DNA of 62,224 nt from a virus (IMGVR_UViG_3300032291_003678:1-62224); one strand, 5' to 3'. Shown: positions 48,710 through 55,879, counted from the stretch's first letter. Program-made: numbers and translations. The notes: generated by a model from the sequence alone, not told the origin.

Positions 48710-49006
48710 TTAGTCTTTAAATATTGCTATTAGTAAAAGGGCAAACATTGTTATTACTAAGAAAATAGTAACTGTTCCTAAAACTCCACTATCATTACTA
48801 ACTTTCTTTACTACAGTATTATCTTTTGTAGATAAGATGTAAACAGTATTATCTTTTTCAACTACCTTATAAGTGATTGAATCGATACTTGCTAGTTGTT
48901 GTAATTCAACTGTTGTTTCTTGTTTTGGATTTTCTACCTTGATAGGTTTGTTGTTGCAGGAGATCATTGTTGCTCCTAATACTAACATACTAACTAATTT
49001 TTTCAT
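48710..49006 (-). CDS. putative lipoprotein with C-terminal TM
   Basis: MKK..hydrophobic..MISC lipobox; promoter at 49034. Confidence 0.65.
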   Translation of the reverse strand: MKKLVSMLVLGATMISCNNKPIKVENPKQETTVELQQLASIDSITYKVVEKDNTVYILSTKDNTVVKKVSNDSGVLGTVTIFLVITMFALLLIAIFKD

Positions 49007-49069
49007 AACTTTTATTTTTTAAATTTCTTATACTTAAATATACGAAAAGCATTTTAATAAAGCAAACTT

Positions 49070-49873
49070 TTAGATAGGTAATTTTACTTTACTTAATAAA
49101 TTATTTGAAACATGTGTATAAATCTCAGTAGTTTTTGAACTTGAATGACCTGCTATTTTCTGAATTATTCTCAGATCTGTTCCTGATTCTAATAAGTTAG
49201 TAAACGAGGAATGTCTTAGTGTATGTATAGAGGAACTAGAATCTATATATTTTTTATATATTTTCTGGCAACTGCCAGTGGAGTATTGTGTTGAATTTTG
49301 GCCATTGAATAGAAACTCTTTTGGTATATATTGTTTGTAATAATTACGTAACAGTATTAGCACATTCTCAGATAAAGGCACTATTCTATCTTTTCTACCT
49401 TTTGCGTTTCTAATATGGATTAACATCCTCTTTGAGTCAATATCTTCAATTTTTAGATTTACAACCTCAGATACCCTTAATCCTACTGAGTAAGTTAGTG
49501 TTAGGATTGTTTTATGTTTTAAATTATCAATCTTAGATAGTTGACTCTTTATAAAATCTCCATCAATAACTCTTGGGAGTTTCTTTTCAGATTTGGGTCT
49601 CTTAAATGAGACTTTACCGTATTTTTTCCCCAGCACTTCTTTGTATAAGAATCTAATAGAGTTTATGACTTGATTCTGCTGGGAGATGGATGTAAAATTG
49701 TAGCTATCTAGATACTTTTGAAAATCGGAAGAATTACAATGTATTATCTGTTTATCACCTAAACTTTCTAAAAATGGTACTATATGTGATAGGTAGTTAT
49801 TTTTTGTTCTAGGAGAGTAGTTTAGGTATATAAACTTTTCTTCGCAAATCTTTATAATTTTTTGATTTTTCAT
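49070..49873 (-). CDS. IntI-like tyrosine recombinase, short form without the integron-specific insertion
   Basis: N-terminal YSPRTKNNY and SQQNQVINSIRFLYKEVL, RPK..KKLPRV; catalytic GLRVSE, KGRKDR, HTLRHS, AGHSS, TEIYTHV all intact. Confidence 0.92.
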   Translation of the reverse strand: MKNQKIIKICEEKFIYLNYSPRTKNNYLSHIVPFLESLGDKQIIHCNSSDFQKYLDSYNFTSISQQNQVINSIRFLYKEVLGKKYGKVSFKRPKSEKKLPRVIDGDFIKSQLSKIDNLKHKTILTLTYSVGLRVSEVVNLKIEDIDSKRMLIHIRNAKGRKDRIVPLSENVLILLRNYYKQYIPKEFLFNGQNSTQYSTGSCQKIYKKYIDSSSSIHTLRHSSFTNLLESGTDLRIIQKIAGHSSSKTTEIYTHVSNNLLSKVKLPI

Positions 49874-49932
49874 GTTATAGATACTTAATAATTAACAGTC
49901 TATAAAAAGTTACATATATATTATAGTTATAA
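49874..49932 (+). other. candidate attI-like primary recombination site, crossover G|TTATAAA at 49926
   Basis: First GTT core upstream of the integrase start, not preceded by a hairpin arm; short IR TTATAGA...TCTATAA in the spacer. Confidence 0.5.
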
Positions 49933-49947
49933 AACATTAAAACGATT

Positions 49948-50080
49948 TTATAACATCAAATATAAGAAATTTGGGGGCGGAGGAAACAATCGGTATTTTA
50001 AAGACTCCCACAAGCCGATTTCTTTAATTTAGTGGCACGTTGGCGAACCCCAAACTTCTCATATTTGCGTTACGTTATAC
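49948..50080 (+). repeat. attC-like site 1 (133 bp)
   Basis: TTATAAC-AT-CAAATATAAGAAATTTGGGG...CCCCAAACTTCTCATATTTG-CGTTAC-GTTATAC. Confidence 0.85.
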
Positions 50081-50085
50081 AACAT

Positions 50086-50388
50086 TTACTTGAACCAATA
50101 ATAAATTTCCTTTCTTTTATTATTTTCTATTATATAAATGGTAATTTTTCTATCTACAATTTCCAATGAATTAAATTTAAAGTTATTATTTACTACATAA
50201 CCAGTATCTTTATCAATTATAATTAATGATAATTTATTATTTAAATCACCTTCATAATGTGTATCTTTAACAAATAAAATATATTCTGATGGTTGAAATT
50301 CATTTTCATCATCAGTATAATTTTCCATATCTAATATGGTTTTATTAAATAATAAATCGGTTATTTCGTAACTATCTTTTGTTTTCAT
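50086..50388 (-). CDS. cassette 2 ORF, hypothetical
   Basis: Likely start MKTKDS; cassette bounded by GTTATACAAC / GTTGTATAAC. Confidence 0.75.
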   Translation of the reverse strand: MKTKDSYEITDLLFNKTILDMENYTDDENEFQPSEYILFVKDTHYEGDLNNKLSLIIIDKDTGYVVNNNFKFNSLEIVDRKITIYIIENNKRKEIYYWFK

Positions 50389-50400
50389 AAATAAAACGTT

Positions 50401-50492
50401 GTATAACAAGGTATATGTGAAATACCTATAAAATTTATATTAAAATTTAAAGTTCTCTGGTAAGGTACTTCACATATACCCAACCGTTATCG
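50401..50492 (+). repeat. attC-like site 2 (92 bp)
   Basis: GTATAAC-AA-GGTATATGTGAAATACC...GGTACTTCACATATACC-CAACC-GTTATCG. Confidence 0.88.
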
Positions 50493-50741
50493 GTAATTCT
50501 TTTTGGATTTACTATTCGGACATTTTTTATTATGACACAACATTTCACCAAATATTCCAAGAAATCCGTTTCTTGATACTGTTGAGCCGCAATTGGTACA
50601 AAAATGTCCTACGCCTTCTCGTAATACTCTACTTAGTGGGGGTTTTGGTATAGAACTACCGATAACATCAGATATATTCAATTGTTTTTCGTATTCTTGA
50701 ACTATCTGCTTTGCTTTTAAGTAATCTTCTTTTTCTATCAT
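50487..50741 (-). CDS. cassette 3 ORF, zinc-ribbon protein starting inside attC3
   Basis: CTNCG...CHNKKC; stop codon is the TTA of the GTTA core. Confidence 0.75.
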   Translation of the reverse strand: MIEKEDYLKAKQIVQEYEKQLNISDVIGSSIPKPPLSRVLREGVGHFCTNCGSTVSRNGFLGIFGEMLCHNKKCPNSKSKKNYR

Positions 50742-50791
50742 TTGTATTTTAATTTATGTTAAACAACTGAATATATCTGTAACCGTTATAA
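50660..50791 (+). repeat. attC-like site 3 (132 bp)
   Basis: CGATAAC-AT-CAGATATATTCAATTGTTT...AAACAACTGAATATATCTG-TAACC-GTTATAA. Confidence 0.88.
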
Positions 50792-50792
50792 G

Positions 50793-51020
50793 CTATGTTA
50801 GCTCAACTGCATCTAAAAGCATAATTATTTTAAATACCTTAAATCCATCATCTCGCCAAGTACCTTTAAACCTTTCTTTTATCATTCTTACTTCGCTTTC
50901 AGAATACTGTTCGGCAAATTCTACCTCTCCAATATCTGTAAAGTAGTCTAGTTTTTTTCCATCAAACTCATTTCTATTCACGTATTCTCCAAATCTATTT
51001 TTAATTACATATCTTTCCAT
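50793..51020 (-). CDS. cassette 4 ORF, hypothetical
   Basis: Likely start MERYVI; bounded by GTTATAAGCT / AGCTTATAAC. Confidence 0.72.
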   Translation of the reverse strand: MERYVIKNRFGEYVNRNEFDGKKLDYFTDIGEVEFAEQYSESEVRMIKERFKGTWRDDGFKVFKIIMLLDAVELT

Positions 51021-51031
51021 AAAAACACAGC

Positions 51032-51167
51032 TTATAACAACTGCTATATTCAATAGCGGTCATTAGGTTTAATTTAATTATTGTTTTGTACTTGTTATTT
51101 TCGGTCATCAACCGAAGCATTGTTTTGTGTTTTTCCGCTACTGAAATATAGCAGTGAACCGTTATAA
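51032..51167 (+). repeat. attC-like site 4 (136 bp)
   Basis: TTATAAC-A-ACTGCTATATTCAATAGCGG...CCGCTACTGAAATATAGCAGT-GAACC-GTTATAA. Confidence 0.88.
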
Positions 51168-51173
51168 GCCATT

Positions 51174-51350
51174 TTAAGACACCGCACCGATTATAGATTC
51201 AATTCGTTTAATAATGTCCAACGTATTATTATATGTGTGGGCTTTTACTGTATGATTGTAATCAGATAAGTTACCTCTATTCATTGCCTCTGAACGTTCT
51301 TCATTTTCTTTTTTTAGTTTTCTAACTAAATCTTTTAATTCGTTTATCAT
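51174..51350 (-). CDS. cassette 5 ORF, 58 aa (MINELKDLVRKLKKENEERS...), below ORF-track cutoff
   Basis: Translated by hand; fills the cassette bounded by GTTATAAGCC / GGCTTATAAC. Confidence 0.7.
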   Translation of the reverse strand: MINELKDLVRKLKKENEERSEAMNRGNLSDYNHTVKAHTYNNTLDIIKRIESIIGAVS

Positions 51351-51379
51351 TTTAAGTAAGATTTTTGAATAAAAACGGC

Positions 51380-51511
51380 TTATAACAGCATATTGCCAAA
51401 AGTGGCAGTTGTGTGGTTATATGAACATTTTTGCTTCGATTATACATTTGTTTTAAATTCAAGTTTAGTGCTTCGTATTCGCCTCCTTCGGCAATCTGCA
51501 AACCGTTATCA
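51380..51511 (+). repeat. attC-like site 5 (132 bp)
   Basis: TTATAAC-A-GCATATTGCCAAAAGTGGC...GCCTCCTTCGGCAATCTGC-AAACC-GTTATCA. Confidence 0.85.
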
Positions 51512-51517
51512 CCAATA

Positions 51518-51742
51518 CTACCTTAGTGCTTCTAATTCAGATTTTACTTCACTCCAAACTGTTATAGCAGATGGTGTTTCATCATCATAAGTATCCCAAT
51601 ATATGCGTGTTGGATTTTCTTCCAAAATCTTATCCACAATTAGTAATGCTACTTCAATACATTCTTCATAATGTAATGGTGCTTTGAAACTTATTTCTTT
51701 CAATAATGTTTCAGCTTTAAGTTTTACTTCTTCTTTTGTCAT
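51518..51742 (-). CDS. cassette 6 ORF, hypothetical phage protein
   Basis: ALLIVDKIL...WSEVKSEL. Confidence 0.75.
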   Translation of the reverse strand: MTKEEVKLKAETLLKEISFKAPLHYEECIEVALLIVDKILEENPTRIYWDTYDDETPSAITVWSEVKSELEALR

Positions 51743-51776
51743 TTTAATTAAATTTATCGTTAATAATCCGTACTGG

Positions 51777-51871
51777 TGCTAACAGCGTATATATAAGATA
51801 CGCCTACAAGCATTTGTTTATAATTTAATATTTTCGTTAAGGCGTACCTCTCATATACGCAACCGTTAGCA
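51777..51871 (+). repeat. attC-like site 6 (95 bp)
   Basis: TGCTAAC-A-GCGTATATATAAGATACGCCT...AGGCGTACCTCTCATATACGC-AACC-GTTAGCA. Confidence 0.87.
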
Positions 51872-51877
51872 ACAAGG

Positions 51878-52153
51878 CTAAGAAAGCTCCGTGCGAAGTT
51901 TCTCAAAGTATTTAATTGCTTTCTCGATACTCTCTTTGTCTCGTTTGATATTAAAGAAAATATTGGTTTCTGAACCGCTTGCAGTTCGAATAGTTCGCTG
52001 TGTATTTGGTTCGATATATTGAAACATTACGTTTATAAAATCGCTTGTAATGTCTTCTTTTTCACCAATCCACATTCCTTTTTCTTGGTTCTGTTTACCT
52101 AAGTAAATCTTTTCTGTTAGTGGCGAATAGCCAATTCCTTTTTTGATACTCAT
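51878..52153 (-). CDS. cassette 7 ORF, hypothetical phage protein
   Basis: GYSPLTEKIYLG...W.GEKEDIT; bounded by GTTAGCAAC / GTTGCTAAC. Confidence 0.78.
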   Translation of the reverse strand: MSIKKGIGYSPLTEKIYLGKQNQEKGMWIGEKEDITSDFINVMFQYIEPNTQRTIRTASGSETNIFFNIKRDKESIEKAIKYFEKLRTELS

Positions 52154-52198
52154 TTTATTTTAGTTATTAAGTTAAAAATCAATTTAATAAAGCCCAGT

Positions 52199-52290
52199 TG
52201 CTAACACCGTGTATAAGCAATGGCACACAAGCGGTGTAGGTAATTTGAAAGTGTGTATAAGTGCCACTGCTCATACACGAAACGTTAGCG
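52199..52290 (+). repeat. attC-like site 7 (92 bp)
   Basis: TGCTAAC-AC-CGTGTATAAGCAATGGCAC...GTGCCACTGCTCATACACG-AAAC-GTTAGCG. Confidence 0.88.
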
Positions 52291-52296
52291 GTCAGG

Positions 52297-52641
52297 CTAA
52301 GAACACACAACCTTATCAAGAACCTTTGTAAAATGAGTTCTTAAATCTTCAAGGTGCTTTTCGGTCGCTGACAACTTACCCTGCAACAAGTTTTCGTTTT
52401 CGTTCTTAATCCCAACACGACTATTATAGTCGCCAACAGCCTTTAGAAAATCATTAGCAAAATGCCTATTCATTTCTAATAACGGTATTAAAGGTTCTGC
52501 CGCTGCGTTCATTGGGTCAAGAGTTTGCTCAATTAGTAATCCGTCTTTTTGACCGATAATAGCAATCCTATTGCCTTGCTGTGTTTTTAGATACATTCTA
52601 ACAGTCATTGACTGATAATCTTCTTGAAATATAAATTCCAT
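52297..52641 (-). CDS. cassette 8 ORF, hypothetical
   Basis: GKLSATEKHLEDLR; bounded by GTTAGCGGT / ACCGCTAAC. Confidence 0.78.
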   Translation of the reverse strand: MEFIFQEDYQSMTVRMYLKTQQGNRIAIIGQKDGLLIEQTLDPMNAAAEPLIPLLEMNRHFANDFLKAVGDYNSRVGIKNENENLLQGKLSATEKHLEDLRTHFTKVLDKVVCS

Positions 52642-52688
52642 TTTGTTGTTATTAAACTTTGGACTTCTAAAAGCGGAGAAGCCCGAAC

Positions 52689-52818
52689 CGCTAACACTTG
52701 CTTTGCAAAATGGCGGGTGAAGTGCTAATTTGAACCCTTGTGCCTTGAATAAACTTTAGTGCTTAACGAACATTTGTGCCTTGAAAACCGCCACTTCGCA
52801 AAGCAGATGCCGTTATAG
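52689..52818 (+). repeat. attC-like site 8 (130 bp)
   Basis: CGCTAAC-ACT-TGCTTTGCAAAATGGCGG...CCGCCACTTCGCAAAGCA-GATGCC-GTTATAG. Confidence 0.88.
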
Positions 52819-52831
52819 GTAATAAAATTTA

Positions 52832-52999
52832 CTACCCTTTGTTTTTAAATTGTTTTATATATCTATCACCAACTTCGTTCCAAAGTCGTCTTGCTTGTTC
52901 GTAATCACCGACACTTATTTCTGCTTCAAATATCACTTCAAAGTGTTCTTCTGTACACTCCTTTGCAACTTCTTTTTTTATTTCATCTATTGTTTTCAT
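52832..52999 (-). CDS. cassette 9 ORF, 55 aa (MKTIDEIKKEVAKEC...), below ORF-track cutoff
   Basis: Translated by hand; bounded by GTTATAGGTA / TACCTATAAC. Confidence 0.7.
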   Translation of the reverse strand: MKTIDEIKKEVAKECTEEHFEVIFEAEISVGDYEQARRLWNEVGDRYIKQFKNKG

Positions 53000-53019
53000 A
53001 ATTCGTAAATTTTACATAC

Positions 53020-53116
53020 CTATAACAAAGTGTATAAGTAATGTGGCTTAATTAATTTTGTTCTTTGATTAAATGTGTGAGTAAAGCCACACTACTCATA
53101 CACTCAACCGTTATAA
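53020..53116 (+). repeat. attC-like site 9 (97 bp)
   Basis: CTATAAC-AA-AGTGTATAAGTAATGTGGCTT...AAGCCACACTACTCATACACT-CAACC-GTTATAA. Confidence 0.88.
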
Positions 53117-53120
53117 GAAA

Positions 53121-53402
53121 TTATTTTTCCAATTTTTTATAATTCTTTGCATATAAGTATATCCCTAACCATATCCAAATTCCTGTTAATATACCAGTTA
53201 GTCTAACAAAAATTGGAAACTCAAAAGAAAAAATTAATGAGATATGTGTGATTATTACACCTAAGTGTAATCCTAATAAAAATAATGGTATTATAATGAA
53301 CCACAGTACAAATTTTTCTTTTGTTAAATAACTACTTATAACAACAGATATACCCAATTCGGGTCTCCGTATTTCATTTAAGTTTTCTACGTTTTTATTC
53401 AT
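53121..53402 (-). CDS. cassette 10 ORF, 2-TM membrane protein starting inside attC10
   Basis: Two hydrophobic helices; N-terminus encoded by the attC loop and arm. Confidence 0.7.
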   Translation of the reverse strand: MNKNVENLNEIRRPELGISVVISSYLTKEKFVLWFIIIPLFLLGLHLGVIITHISLIFSFEFPIFVRLTGILTGIWIWLGIYLYAKNYKKLEK

Positions 53403-53465
53403 TTTATCTTTTATTTAAGTTATTACTATTTAATCCCGAACTTGGTATATCTGCAACCGTTATGT
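53336..53465 (+). repeat. attC-like site 10 (130 bp)
   Basis: TTATAAC-AA-CAGATATACCCAATTCGGG...CCCGAACTTGGTATATCTG-CAACC-GTTATGT. Confidence 0.88.
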
Positions 53466-53496
53466 GAGATTGTTACGATTCGTTTTCAAAAGAAAT

Positions 53497-53667
53497 TTAG
53501 TCAATAAGAATTATTTCACTCACTTTGACGAAAAGAAATACTTTATCGTTTTGGTCGCTAAATATTTGAAAATCGGCACACCCTTTTATTATATTCTGCT
53601 TAAGAATTTCAGCCGTTTCTTGTAATATTTCTTTTTTTGTTCCGTTTTTAAAATGAATTGTCATCAT
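53497..53667 (-). CDS. cassette 11 ORF, 56 aa (MMTIHFKNGTKKEI...), below ORF-track cutoff
   Basis: Translated by hand; bounded by GTTATGTGAG / CTCACATAAC. Confidence 0.7.
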   Translation of the reverse strand: MMTIHFKNGTKKEILQETAEILKQNIIKGCADFQIFSDQNDKVFLFVKVSEIILID

Positions 53668-53696
53668 AATGTTTTGTTTTAAAAACCCACAACCTC

Positions 53697-53829
53697 ACAT
53701 AACAAGTGTTTGGCAAAAAAGCGGGTTTGGTTATTAATTTAATGTTTGTTTTTTATTTGTATGTTTTAGGCTTAATCGAAGTTTTAGGCTTGTTTTTCCG
53801 CTTCTTCGCCAAGCACCGTAACGTTAGCG
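53697..53829 (+). repeat. attC-like site 11 (133 bp)
   Basis: ACATAAC-AA-GTGTTTGGCAAAAAAGCGG...CCGCTTCTTCGCCAAGCAC-CGTAAC-GTTAGCG. Confidence 0.86.
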
Positions 53830-53830
53830 G

Positions 53831-54043
53831 TCATTTTTTAGAAACGATGTCGTTACCCCATTCATCCTCTTTTAAATCGCCTGTATATTCTGTAACTTGA
53901 TAACTAACTTTCATTTTTACAATAAACCCAGCTTTACAACATTCAGAAGCTATTAATTTTGAGCCACCAACAGAATAAGTTTCTAAATTTCTATAAACAA
54001 CATTTGGTATTTTTAATTCCTTTTTACAATTTGGACATTCCAT
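53831..54043 (-). CDS. cassette 12 ORF, zinc-finger-like
   Basis: CPNC...ECC. Confidence 0.75.
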   Translation of the reverse strand: MECPNCKKELKIPNVVYRNLETYSVGGSKLIASECCKAGFIVKMKVSYQVTEYTGDLKEDEWGNDIVSKK

Positions 54044-54055
54044 AATTAAAACGAG

Positions 54056-54189
54056 TTATAACAGCAATTACACGCTATTGCTAGATTAGGTTTAATTCAA
54101 TGTTCAGTTATAGTCTTTCAATTCCTTGTTAAACTGAAAGATTGTTTTGTCCTTTTACTCAACAGACGTGTAGTTGCGTAACGTTAGCA
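54056..54189 (+). repeat. attC-like site 12 (134 bp)
   Basis: TTATAAC-A-GCAATTACACGCTATTG...CAACAGACGTGTAGTTGC-GTAAC-GTTAGCA. Confidence 0.83.
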
Positions 54190-54213
54190 CCAATACTACT
54201 TAGTTTTCTAATA

Positions 54214-54252
54214 CTTAAATATACGAAGAAAAGCTTACCTAAGCAAGCTTTT
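54214..54252 (-). promoter_or_regulatory. phage promoter with fused upstream terminator, firing into the cassette array
   Basis: CTTAAATATACGAA followed by hairpin AAAAGCTTACCTAAGCAAGCTTTT; no ORF between it and attC12. Confidence 0.8.
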
Positions 54253-54258
54253 TCTTAT

Positions 54259-54678
54259 TTATTTTACAATAATTTTATATCCTGTATCAATACTTTCAAA
54301 TCGTTCTACAATCATTTGTTCAAACTCCTCACCATACCTACCCATATTATCTCCACAACAAATGTAAGGACCACCAGAAGGATCTACCATATTAATATTA
54401 TCTTTATTTGATGTAACTAAATTTAGGTATTTTACATGAGGGTATTCTCTTTTATCCTCATCGTACTCGTGTACAGCTTTTTTAAAATGATCTAAAGACA
54501 TTCTTTCTCCATTGTAAAAGTTTTCTATATGATCTTTACAATATTTGTCGTATGCTTTAAGATAATCATTAGGATAACCAATTCTACAGAAATTAAAATT
54601 CCCTTCCCATAAAATATTTTTATCACTATCTAGTGTGAAAGTGAATTGATCACCGTATCTGTTTTTGTATGTGTTCAT
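54259..54678 (-). CDS. hypothetical phage protein (KNRYGD...VDPSGGPYI)
   Basis: 139-aa ORF. Confidence 0.75.
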   Translation of the reverse strand: MNTYKNRYGDQFTFTLDSDKNILWEGNFNFCRIGYPNDYLKAYDKYCKDHIENFYNGERMSLDHFKKAVHEYDEDKREYPHVKYLNLVTSNKDNINMVDPSGGPYICCGDNMGRYGEEFEQMIVERFESIDTGYKIIVK

Positions 54679-54797
54679 TTCTTTTCTTTTATAATTTCTA
54701 TTAATTATTTGATATCCCTAATATAGCACCTATTAATAACACTCCTGCTGCCATACCATAGAAAAAAGCAACAGTTAAATCATATCTATCATAGTTA

Positions 54798-55193
54798 TTA
54801 CTTTCCATTATTTCTGTTTTTTACAATTTCTATTAGTTTCTTAAGACATTCAAGTTCCGCTTCTTCGTAGGTTTTAAAATTACTACCATAAGATTTACCA
54901 AAATTGTCATTTTCAGTTTGTATAAAACCTCCCCAGAAAATACCTAAATCTTTTTGCTTTTTTAAAGGTAAAGAAAATTCAATATTTGAATACTTTTCTC
55001 TAAACCATCTAAATGCTTGTTGGTATAGTGGTGCATCACACTCAATAGTAAAATTATCTGCTTCAATATCTGTATCTAAATGTAAGTATGGTTCTCCACC
55101 ATCCCATTGTCTATATGTTGCAATACAAGGTTCATCAAATCCTAATTCTTTTAAAGCTAATGCTTCTGCGTAAGGTATAAATTCTTTTTCCAT
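54798..55193 (-). CDS. hypothetical phage protein (ALKELGFDEPC...APLYQQAFRWFREK...TYEEAE)
   Basis: 131-aa ORF. Confidence 0.75.
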   Translation of the reverse strand: MEKEFIPYAEALALKELGFDEPCIATYRQWDGGEPYLHLDTDIEADNFTIECDAPLYQQAFRWFREKYSNIEFSLPLKKQKDLGIFWGGFIQTENDNFGKSYGSNFKTYEEAELECLKKLIEIVKNRNNGK

Positions 55194-55879
55194 TATATAT
55201 CTATTTCAATTATATTTCCGTTACTACTTAGTGTACCAAATTTTCCATCTGTTACAACTGATCCATTACTAAACCAAGTATCACATGTACTTAGTTTTTG
55301 CATTCCAGCATTGACTATATCCTTACAGTTGTGAATGTGACCAAATAAGTGATATTGTGGTTTTACTTGTAATACTTTGTTTAAAAGTGATTTATCACCA
55401 CAACATTCCAAATAATTGTCTCTATCGTATGATTTATCTAAAATACCTTTTGGTGGACCGTGTGTTACTAAAATGTCAACATAAGATGGTATTGCCTGAG
55501 GCCAGTACCTGTCTAACTTAACTCTGTCTTTCATGAAAGCCCAGTTACCAAAGTTTGGTGTGTATGGGTTTCCATAAATGAATAGTCCTTGTATTTCAAC
55601 TAAATCATCTTCTAAGTAGTGAATATTATAGTCTTCAAAATCTTTTTTAGTAACTAATTTTTTTTCAATAGAGGTATCGTGGTTACCTGCAACGTATATT
55701 TTATGCTTGATGGGTAAACTTTTATACCAATGAATAAAATTTCTTACTTCTGGTTCGTTGTTGTAAGGATCTCTTGGGTTACTACAGTCACCTGAGTGTA
55801 TAACCATATCGATATCTTTAGGAATCGTTAATTGATCGTGATACGTGTGGGTATCCGAAATGTGCCAAATTTTTTTCAT
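55193..55879 (-). CDS. calcineurin-like metallophosphoesterase
   Basis: SDTH, HSGD, AGNHD, THGPP, FGHIH. Confidence 0.92.
   Translation of the reverse strand: MKKIWHISDTHTYHDQLTIPKDIDMVIHSGDCSNPRDPYNNEPEVRNFIHWYKSLPIKHKIYVAGNHDTSIEKKLVTKKDFEDYNIHYLEDDLVEIQGLFIYGNPYTPNFGNWAFMKDRVKLDRYWPQAIPSYVDILVTHGPPKGILDKSYDRDNYLECCGDKSLLNKVLQVKPQYHLFGHIHNCKDIVNAGMQKLSTCDTWFSNGSVVTDGKFGTLSSNGNIIEIDI

Larger units (their letters stand above)
49070..54227. mobile_element. Integron-like element: integrase plus 12-cassette array
   Basis: 12 regularly spaced imperfect palindromes TAAC...GTTA separating single ORFs; ends of each cassette are mutually complementary. Confidence 0.9.

Noticed and set aside
49070-49873. 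Prophage integrase marking a lysogen boundary, or XerC/D
   Set aside because: Phage genes with the same promoter motif continue on both sides; no host genes or attL/attR; the N-terminus is IntI-like and linked to the cassette array.
49948-54189. CRISPR array or simple terminator series
   Set aside because: Units are not sequence-identical, spacers are whole genes, no adjacent cas genes; the hairpins have 50-90 nt loops and no U-tracts.
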